DNA of 64,000 bases, taken from positions 1 to 64,000 of the forward strand of contig NGBS01001163.1 in NCBI GenBank assembly GCA_002245135.1. The letters run 5' to 3'. The stretch's first letter is position 1; each line of letters opens with the position of its first letter. A program made the translations under genes and the position numbers. This document shows positions 12,937 through 22,582 of this stretch, piece by piece. This DNA comes from Proteromonas lacertae. Taxonomy: Eukaryota. The notes beneath the pieces are model-generated. The model ran no database searches. It saw only the letters and a program-made list of their open reading frames with translations, and was not told where the DNA came from.

Positions 12937-13650
12937 TTAAAATGGTTTAATAATTAGTGCTCCTTCATATTTTGTTCCCTTTTTCCATGATATAATAGAA
13001 TTTTCAATGGCTAAACAGAATTTATATTTCTTTAGCAACTCCAGTTTGTTAGCTTTTGATATATTATTAGGCCATTCTTTATTATTCATATCAATACCAT
13101 AAGAATCCACTTCGTACTTTTTCATAATTTCTTTTACTATATACTGTCTATTTGCATAATGAGCTCTTTGAATATATATAATACTATTCTTTCTTTCCAT
13201 AAAAGAATTAATATTTTTGAAATTATTCTTTGATTTATATATAAAACTTGTTATATTTTCGTATCTTGATATTGGTAAATGCCACTTATTAACAAATAAT
13301 CTATAGTCAACTGCTAAATGATAATATTTATTCTTGCCTTCTCCTATTTTTTTCATAAATGTTACTTGACTTAGTTTTTCTGCTGTCATAACTATGTTAT
13401 AACTTTTATTTGGAAATAAAGGAAATGGTCTATTTCCATTATAAATTGATGCTTGATATTTATATTTTTTCTTCTTCGAGAAAAGACATTCATACTTTAT
13501 ATTTTTATAAGAACAAATAATTGATTTATGAGGTAGAGTATAATAATTTTCAAATGAATTTCCAATTTGAATATATACATTTTTATCTATGTAATATAAA
13601 CAACATATACAACATATCATAGGAAATAAAACAAAAAAATAATTTATCAT
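12937..13650 (-). pseudogene. GT10 alpha-1,3-fucosyltransferase-like, C-terminally truncated
   Basis: VDSYG and KKYKFCLAIENS are present, but the ORF stops before the expected DYxTEK motif, with the convergent neighbour 28 bp away. Confidence 0.7.
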
Positions 13651-14489
13651 TACATTAATATGATATTTTTAGTCTTTTTCCAATACACACCTCTTATCTT
13701 CTCACCCTTTTTGTGATATACGTTAATAATTTTGTCATTTATATTATATTTCTTTCTATAATCATTTATTGCTTCTTTACAAGACAACCAACCGAAATAA
13801 TCATCAACTATAATATATCCACCCACACTCAGTTTAGGATATAAAGCAGTTATTGCTTGAATTGTACTAATATATGTATCACCATCTAACCTAATTACTG
13901 AAAAAGACTTTGATGGTATGTTATGTAATGTTTCATTAAAATATCCTTTTACAATCACTGTACCATTTTCTAAATTTAGTTTTTTTAACATAGTATATAC
14001 ATTTTCTACTGGATTATTATTTAAAATATTCAGCTTTGATGCAGTTTTATCTTGAGAATATTTCGAATTGGGCATAGGTGGTATACCTGAAAATGAATCG
14101 CACATATACACTATTTTTTTCTTTTGATTATATATATTAAGAACACTTCTTGCAAACATCATAGCACCACCTCTCCAACAACCAGCTTCAATTATATCAC
14201 CATTAATATTTTGGTTTATAACACTTTCAATTAGAAACTGTAAATTGTTTAATCTTCTCATTCCAACCATTGTTAGTGCTTTTCCATCTGGCCAAGAGCT
14301 GCCATCGATTATCCATGGTCCATCTTCATAAATGGAATTTAGTATTACTTTTTTCATAAGTTCAATATATTCAATTTTTATCTCATTATATAATTTACTC
14401 ATACTATTTGACTTAACAATTTCTATAATAGAATTACTTATTAATAATATAAATAGACATATCAACAAAACACTAATAACTAACTTCAT
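13650..14489 (-). CDS. TylF/MycF/NovP-family sugar O-methyltransferase with N-terminal anchor
   Basis: TMVGMRRLNNL, GDIIEAGCWRGG, CDSFSG, KGYFNETL, RLDGDTYIST and LYPKLSVGGYIIVDDY. Confidence 0.9.
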   Translation of the reverse strand: MKLVISVLLICLFILLISNSIIEIVKSNSMSKLYNEIKIEYIELMKKVILNSIYEDGPWIIDGSSWPDGKALTMVGMRRLNNLQFLIESVINQNINGDIIEAGCWRGGAMMFARSVLNIYNQKKKIVYMCDSFSGIPPMPNSKYSQDKTASKLNILNNNPVENVYTMLKKLNLENGTVIVKGYFNETLHNIPSKSFSVIRLDGDTYISTIQAITALYPKLSVGGYIIVDDYFGWLSCKEAINDYRKKYNINDKIINVYHKKGEKIRGVYWKKTKNIILM

Positions 14490-14510
14490 TTTCTAACATT
14501 AACAGTAGAA

Positions 14511-15635
14511 ATGAATATAGCAGTTCATATACTCATTGTAATAGTTATGATGTTTATGACTAATATTATTCATTACTATTACTCATTTAGAAATATATTT
14601 ATCTGTAAAAATATATCCAAAATGAACTATTCTCATCTTAAAACTAATAAGATATTTACTTATTATTATCATAAAAGGTCAAAAGTAAATCATATATCTT
14701 TTCTTTTAAGCACAACAACTAACATACATATTATAGATAATAGTGATAAAGATAATTATACTTTGAATATATTGAAAAATGTATTTATTACAAGTAAAGT
14801 TATTATTTATAAATGCAATATTCTATTATTTAATGGTCAGTGTAAAGATAATAAGTGGTATGATAATAACATTAAAGAAAATGAAATCGTTTCAGATGTA
14901 AAATATGGAATTAATCTTATTAATTGGCATAGTGATGGAGTTTTTCATGGTACAGTGGAGGGACTAACTAGAATAGTTCCATATTTACATTTTCTTCAAA
15001 AAAATCAATACATATATATATTTATATCTTATCCAAGATACAAGCAGAATACTGCTAAAAATTTGTTAATTCTATTAGGTATTTCAAAACATAGAATTCT
15101 ATATGGTAATTATTTTGTAAGTTATTTATATGTGCCTTTACCATTCTATTGTGTAGAATCATCAACTCCTTTAGTTGTAAAATTTAATGAAATTTTAAGA
15201 AAAAGAATGAAATTAAAAATATGCAGAATTATAGACTATAATTTTATTTTAATTATTCAAAGAACAAAAAATAGAATATTACATAATATTAGACTACTTA
15301 CAAGAGAATTTTTAAAAAATTTCAATTATTCTATTATTATATATAACGACAATTACACTAATTTGAATGATATATACTGTTGGTTTACATATGCAAAAAT
15401 TATTATTGGATATCATGGATCTGGCCTGACTAATATATACTTTTCCAAAGAAAACACAACTATAATAGAAATATCACCATCTCATCCAATTTATGCTTTT
15501 GCTAAGATAGGATGCCAATTAGGATTTAAATATTATATATATAAGTTATGCTATAATAAATTATATGTAAATCGCATTATCTTTAATATTACATCTTTTA
15601 TAAACTCTTTAAAATACAACAGTATAATGAAATAA
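14511..15635 (+). CDS. GT61-like glycosyltransferase
   Basis: N-terminal TM; FHGTVEGLTR, IQRTKNRIL and IIGYHGSGLTN...TIIEI (HGAGLTN-type motif). Confidence 0.8.
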   Translation: MNIAVHILIVIVMMFMTNIIHYYYSFRNIFICKNISKMNYSHLKTNKIFTYYYHKRSKVNHISFLLSTTTNIHIIDNSDKDNYTLNILKNVFITSKVIIYKCNILLFNGQCKDNKWYDNNIKENEIVSDVKYGINLINWHSDGVFHGTVEGLTRIVPYLHFLQKNQYIYIFISYPRYKQNTAKNLLILLGISKHRILYGNYFVSYLYVPLPFYCVESSTPLVVKFNEILRKRMKLKICRIIDYNFILIIQRTKNRILHNIRLLTREFLKNFNYSIIIYNDNYTNLNDIYCWFTYAKIIIGYHGSGLTNIYFSKENTTIIEISPSHPIYAFAKIGCQLGFKYYIYKLCYNKLYVNRIIFNITSFINSLKYNSIMK

Positions 15636-15664
15636 TAAATGTATAACAATTTTCAACTATATAA

Positions 15665-15757
15665 TTATATTACTTTAAATATATATAACAATATATCTAC
15701 GCTTAAATATCCACCTTTAAAAATTCTTTCTTTGATGTGAAATAATGTAATATTCAT
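15665..15757 (-). pseudogene. Relic N-terminal fragment of a fifth OafA-like acyltransferase
   Basis: MNITLFHIKERIFKGGYLSVDILL matches SIILFHINEVLFKGGYLGVDILL of copy 1. Confidence 0.7.
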
Positions 15758-15771
15758 CTATGAATATGGGT

Positions 15772-16410
15772 TTATATATTAGCCATTTTAATTTTACCAT
15801 TAATAATCTTCCATTTACTATGATTGACTTTTCCGCTTGTATTAGCATAGTGAATAAAAGATTTAGGCATATGTAATGGATTTATATACCAATCAGAATG
15901 AAGAACAGAGTAAGGAGGAAGTGACCGAAACATTTTACCCTTAAATCTTATAAATATATTACTACTTCTCCTAATTTGAAATATAGTGTCAATGCTAGCT
16001 TCTACTAGTGAATAGTATTTATTTTTCCAAAAAATTTCATAATGTGTTTTAGATACTATTTGATTTTGATCTTTATAATGAAAATTATATAGAGGATAAT
16101 AATTTGGTAAATTACTAACCACCATTGAAGGACCAATTACATCTATTCCTTTACAGCTATTAAGAATGTATATATAATAATCCAATATATCAGTAGGAGT
16201 ATACAACAGACACATATCTGGATCAGTTACAATGTAATAATTATAAGATTTATTTTCTGTAATATTTTTAATTACATATGGCAATTCATTATCTACCATT
16301 TTCTTCCAATCCAATGTCTTTAATTCTATATAATTTATCTTTTTCTGTTCCATTAAACAATGTAAGTATTTTTGAGTAGGAACATATGTTGTGTAATGAT
16401 GTAACACATA
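15772..16410 (-). pseudogene. GT-A fold glycosyltransferase-like gene, 5'-truncated
   Basis: YYIVTDPD (DxD), IGPS, ASIDT and PPYSVLHSDWY. There is no ATG or TM anchor, and the upstream sequence switches abruptly to GC-richer unrelated DNA. Confidence 0.55.
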
Positions 16411-16975
16411 CTTGGTAAGGAAGGTTCATTGAAAAGGAACTTTCATTTGATCATCATCCAGGGTTGTTGAATCTCTTGGAGTTTATCCAACACACATCGA
16501 CTATTGAGGACCATTGAAGTTAGCAAATATACAGATTGCTCTTGTTCCATTACCTAGCATCATACCGAATTTGCAATGAATTGAATTGTCATACTCAGTC
16601 GCGATACGATCGGTAGGATTAGGAACAACCCAGTTACTTATCTTCTTATCAAGATGAATGAGATTCATTGACCTTGGTTAATTGTAACGGTGAACAGAAA
16701 CTATTGACATTCCCTGTATTGAATCCATCGATCTTGGTTCTGATAACAGCTGCATTGTTGATCGCTGTATCGATCAGTCCTTTACGAGTGTTGTTAAAGA
16801 AGCCATCCAAGTTCCTTAGGAGGTTGTCTTCCTCAGTCCTTCTAGCCACGCCACAGGTTGCATTCACATCGTTGATACTTAGAGAATCTACTTTGATCTT
16901 GATTGCATCGGTGTTGGCCTTTGTTGTATCAATGAAGTTACCACGGCCTTCAGTACAGAGCTGGTAAATACTCTA
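16411..16975 (-). other. Decayed GC-richer coding fragment of unknown, probably foreign origin
   Basis: Visibly higher GC than the flanks (32 of 60 bases at 16801-16860). The minus frame is rich in C/G-ending codons and has a frameshift and stops. Confidence 0.5.
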
Positions 16976-17111
16976 TCACATCATTTCAGAAAAAGATTTG
17001 AATATAATTTTACAATATCAGCTTCAAATTTAGAAGGTAAATTTTCTGAATTTGAAGAAAATGCAAAAAATAAGATATAATGATGATATATAAAAAATAA
17101 TTATGAAATAA

Positions 17112-20100
17112 TTATATTTTCCAATTACTTCTCACCAAATTCTCAAACTCTTCATCACTTTTAAAGGTAATACTTATTTTCAAATAATAATCTACAAACT
17201 CATTCATACTTATAAATCCATCTTTCATTGTAGATTTAAAATAATTGGCAAATTCATCTCTTGTTGGATGACTATCACCATTATATAAAGGCAAAATATC
17301 TTTAATTTGTAATTCACTTTGATTTTCTTTATCTAACATATGGAATATATCCATTATAACATTATAACATTCCATTCTATTATCCTTCATAGTTTTCTTA
17401 ATTTCATCTCTAATGTTCTTCAATTTTGCATATTTTTCTTCTACTTTAACATCTATTCTTTTATCTAATTCTAGGTATTGTCTTTTTAATGTATTAATTA
17501 GACGTTCTGCTTCAAACCTTTCTACTTTCAGCTTTATACTATGTTTCTTTAAATCATCAATTCTAAAAGTAATTACTTTAATGTTTTTTTTATCATTTTA
17601 TATATTCCACCTAATTATTTTTGTCTTTTATCAATTCTTGTAAAAATTCTGTGTATGCTCTAATTTTTCTATCTTTACATTCATCACATTGAACAATTTT
17701 TCTATGACTTATAAAGAAGAAGGCAAATTTATTGTATCCTTTTAAATTTTGTATAAATTTTGAAGAATCATTGTCATCTGAGGTGCATAACTATGTTTAG
17801 CAGCAATTGTAATTTGGATACCTCAAGGTCCTAGTAATGCTTCAATATCTGGGAATGAAGGATTATAACTTAAAGGAGCAAATGGAATTATATTGTCATT
17901 AAATGTATATTGTTTAATTATCTTTTCCAATTCATCAGCACTTTGTGGATTAATAACAGTTACTTCTTTATTTAAAATTTTATCTAAATCAATGAAAGGT
18001 GTATAATCTTTTGCATCTTTTTTTAATCTGGTTTTCCATCTTCAATAATGATATGTTCTTTTATAACCTTTTTCATTTCATTAACTATAAAGTACTTTAT
18101 ATACCATGTCTCTAACCGTTTTAGATATAAATCTAAGCTTACCAGATTTAGTAACATCATTTTCATCTGTTTCATATATTACTATACTGTCATATTTTGT
18201 CTTTGATAGAGGAGATTTAGTTATACCTTTCATCATCTCCGTAATTAGTGTTTCATTTACATCTGATAATAATCTTTCCATATTTACTTTATTAGCTTCA
18301 CTGTAATTATCTATAATACCTCCATAATATTCATAATTATCAAGATATAATTTTATTTTTGCTGATAATTCTTCTACACTAACTCTTAATCCTTTTTTTA
18401 TAGATTTATACTTTGTGAATGTATTTTTGTTTTGAGTATTTAATTCTGAAGCTGTCATTACTACTACTTCTTCTATTTCTTCTTGTGTAAATGGAGGTAT
18501 ATACATCACCAATGGACATCTTTTACTTTCAAATGTTTTACATATTTCATCAGATGGATTAGCTAACATTATTATCATTTTTGCATCAGCATAATCATCT
18601 TCACCTACAGCTAATCCATCAACAATAGCAATATATGGTTTATCATCACTAATTATACTACGATGTTCAAATTGTACTTCTTTGTATTCCAAATATACAT
18701 TAAACATTCCTTGTAGTTCTATTTTAAGTTTATCCTTGAGAATATCAGCTAATGTAGTTTTACCTATTTTAGCATGACCAAGTATTAAATAATTTCTTTG
18801 ATAGTTAAAACTAAAATTATCTTTACAAATTATATTCAACATTTTATCAAAACAATTTCTCATTAAATCAACCCCATACTTTCCTACATGCACATAAAAA
18901 TCTTCTTCTGGTGTTTCTTCAACTGGGGGTTCTTCTGCTGGAGCTTCTTCTACTGGAGCTTTTTCTGCTACTGTTGTTGCTGCTGCTGCTGTTGTTGTTG
19001 CTGTTGTTATTGTTGCTGCTGCTGCTACTGTTGTTGTTGCTACTGCTGCTGTTGTTGCTGCTGCTGCTACTGTTGGAGCTTCTTCTGGAGCTTTTTCACC
19101 TAGTGGTGCTGAAGAAGCAGCACCAGTTAATATTGTATCTGGTGGTGCTGTAATTATTGATTCTTCTGGTGATGGTGATTCTATTGATATTAATAAAGGA
19201 GACAATTCTGTTTGTTTGTATTTTATTCCACAATACATAAAATCTCCACTTTTAATTTCGCTGTAATCCTATTTCATTATAAATGTATATAATATATTTA
19301 TACTTTTATAGATTCTTCAATTTCTTTTTTATACTTTTCTATATTAATAATTTCATCATTTAATAAGACTTTTATAAATATCCCATTTACAATTAGATCA
19401 AAGAAATTATCCTCATCCAATATAAAATAAACTAAATTCAATGCATCTTCTTTACAATAAATACATACTTCTTTTTCAGGATTTAATCTGAAATATTGAT
19501 ATTGATCATCACTATTTTCAACTTCTGTATAATCTTCATCATCATATCCTTCATCATCATATCCTTCAACATTATTTTTTTCAACATCAGTTTCGTTAAT
19601 ATTATTTACTTCACTACCTATATCTTCTTTCATCTTAATATTATCAATACTCAAATCATATGCTACTAATTGCTTCAATGCAAGTCTTTTCGTATTAAAA
19701 TCAGTAGAATCGGAAGTATATTCATTTTCCACTGCTGTATAATCCTTTCTACTCATAGGTGGATAGAATTTACAATTAATATAACTCTTAACTGAATTTG
19801 AAACAAACACTAATTGTTCTTTTGGTTCTAATATCATATGACCTAATAAATCATCCATTTTTAATTCAAAATCATATTTTAATATGATGTTGGATAAAGG
19901 ATGATTTTTTAAATTGTCTTTACTTTGATATTCTTTTTCAAACTGTTTATAACCAATTGTACCTATTACTTCTTCAATCAACTTCACGTAATAATTCCAA
20001 TAATCACATTCTTTACCATAATTTTCTTTATATAGATAGTGGTAATATATCTGTCGAGGAATATTACCATATCTTTCACATATTTTTTTAAATTCATCAC

Positions 20101-22062
20101 CATCAACACTAACATTAAAACCACTACAATATTTAAACCACTCCTTGATTTCTATATCCTTTAAAGAATCTAAATATATTTTTCTTGATATATATGTTTT
20201 TATGTATTTATCATAGTTTTTATGAAATGGTGAACTAATTGAGATGATTTTGTTACTATTATCGAACTGTAGATTGAAAGTATCAACTATTATTATAGAA
20301 TCAGTAATATCTTCCACAGCAATTTTAACTCTGAAAATGTAACCATATTTTAATAAATATATTTTCTTTTCATTAGGATTTCCATTTCTCTTTCCTTTTA
20401 CTATGTAAACATCTTTAAACTGTTTATCATTTCTTCTCCATGCATTATTTAAAACCTTATTATTTATATCTTTATATAAATCCTTTATAAAGTATAGTAA
20501 TACATAAATAAACGATGTTTTACCAATACCTGGTTGACCTATTACTACTACAAAGGTAAATTTTTCAATAAGTTTAACAATATCTTTAAACATTGTGTAA
20601 TAATCATCTCTAATGAAAATTTCATTCTTAGGGAACTGGAAAACACTTTTCTCTGATAATACAAACTGTAAATAATCCTTTTTTGAACAGGTAAAACATC
20701 ATGACCATTCTCATCTAGTTTATTATGTTTAACAATATGCAAACTATTCACTATTTTAACGAAACTATCTGATAAACCTAGATTTATATCTTCATCACCA
20801 TAACAGTTTAAGAATATCATTAAATCTGTAATATCACTTTCATCTATGTATTCCTTTTGATACTCTTCTAAAGAAAATCTAGATTCTATAATATCTTTTA
20901 TTGGAGTAATATCAATGTTTGCTCCATTAAGATATTCCAATAACTGTCGAACATAATACTTTTCATAATTATACATTCCATAAATATTATTTGGCGTATT
21001 TACCTCAGTAATTTTTTGATATTCTTTGTATTGTTTTATTCCATACATCCTTGTATTTCTATATACTGCAATATCATTGTATGTCTGATAATCTTGATCC
21101 TCTTGATAATATTCTATTAATTTCACTTTGTTATTTTCAACTCTAATAAATGGATAAATTTTATTTATTTGGATATTTTGTTTATATAATTCTTTACCAT
21201 CTTCATTTTTAATTAACATTATCTTGTTAATCATATCATATTTTACTTCATATATTTCTCCTTTTTCTACCTTCCCTTGAAGTATTACTAATCCTTCCAT
21301 GTTTTTACTATTCAAATTAGATGTATAACCAAAGCTAATAGCATTACTACCAACACTCATTATTTCATAATAGAAATGATAAATACCTTCATTCATTTCC
21401 TCATTTATAAAATAACTACATTTACCTTCACCTCTATCTTCAAATAACATATCAACAACAGTATATTGAATAACATTATTAACATTCTGAACATCATATA
21501 AATTACTTGAATATTTTTTAAATGTAACAAAATTGTCCTGAATAACAGTTTTAGTTTTACGAATTTTTGATCTATGTATTGAAACTGAAGGGAGATATCT
21601 AAAACCTGTTAATCTAACTTCATTATTCTCATCAAAAAACATAATATATGGGTTAATTAAACCTTCCATATCACCTAACAGTTGTATTGTTTCTCCATTT
21701 CCACATCTCATCGACATTGTCATCTCATTCATATCAAATATAAAATCATAGATTGCACCTTCTTTTCCTTGAATATTTAACGTTTTAAATAGTTGATTAT
21801 CTTTATATACCACTGATTTATCACCAAACATCTGGATGACACCATAGATATCTGGAAATGTATATTTATGATAACCAAAACACACATAGTTATTAAATTT
21901 TGCTATCTGTAATTGGTAATGATAAATTCCATCAATCATCATTCCTTCCAAAGAGTAGAAATTACTTATCACTTTTTGGGGGTCACTAGGAGGAATACCA
22001 TTCTTGGCATCATCAATAGAGATTGGCAATATATAATCTACTTTTGATCTTGAGTTATTCAT
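17112..22062 (-). pseudogene. Crinkler/RHS-like multidomain gene: 2 SPRY-like repeats, NTPase-REase x2, calcyphosin-like EF-hands (disrupted)
   Basis: First module: EIFIRDDY..GQPGIGKTS..IIVD..SSP..YGNIPR. A 35-nt intron lies at 19269-19303. Second module: GHAKIGKTT..IVDG..MYIPPFTQEE..RFISK, then SFPDIEALLGP*GIQITIAAKH. C-terminus: DGFISMNEFVDYY...LVRSNWKI. Frameshift near 20680 and several lesions at 17590-18090. Confidence 0.7.
18969..19075. repeat. Mixed (TGT/TGC)n trinucleotide repeat encoding an Ala/Thr linker, flanked by APEE/APVEE repeats
   Basis: Seen directly in the sequence; separates the two NTPase modules. Confidence 0.9.
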
Positions 22063-22309
22063 CTTTTAATCCAAAACAACACTTTAATCCCAATTATCAA
22101 CTCTATATACTCTATTAACTCAAAATTTTATACTTTAATGGTTGAAAGGCAGCTTATAGCAGAGATATTAACAATAATAATTAATAGAAAAAGAGCCAAT
22201 CATTTTTCGTAATTTAATACTTTTGAATTTCGATTTTCTTGTGATATATAGCCAGATGAATTATTTCATTTGTAGATTTATATATATTATTATGTATTTA
22301 GTAATTTAA

Positions 22310-22494
22310 TCAAGATAAATATAGAACATCAAAATTACAGTTAATCAAAGTAAAGATCTCCAAAGGTTTGTAGTTAAAAGAATCTTTAAGATCAACTACC
22401 ATACTACAAGGACAAGGACATGCTTTCTGTAAGTCAGAGTGTAAAAATAATTATTAATTCATCTACATACCCCACAAATAATACACAAATTCAT
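22310..22494 (-). CDS. Possible small Cys-rich protein (MNLCIICG/KACPCPCSMVVD..., about 46 aa)
   Basis: ATG at 22494; a canonical-looking 44-nt intron (GTATGT...CTGAC..TTACAG) gives an in-frame join; no recognised family. Confidence 0.3.
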
Positions 22495-22582
22495 GTTAAA
22501 AAATGAGGATAATTAAAAAGTTATCTTTTAATTTATATAAATAACTTCCATTTGTTTCTAATTGATAATCTATATATATTTA

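Noticed and set aside
1..16410. Bacterial contaminant contig
   Set aside because: The GT77 gene has two spliceosomal introns of the host size class, and the enzymes carry eukaryotic type II anchors. A misjoin cannot be excluded without reads.
18888..19153. Poly-Cys and poly-Leu ORFs on the plus strand (also 38494-38754)
   Set aside because: Antisense shadows of Ala/Thr and polyQ trinucleotide repeats
20678..20697. A 20-nt GT..AG intron that would repair the CRN-like frameshift
   Set aside because: It is shorter than any other intron traced and has an atypical GTTTTA donor; a one-base loss in the A6 tract explains the shift equally well
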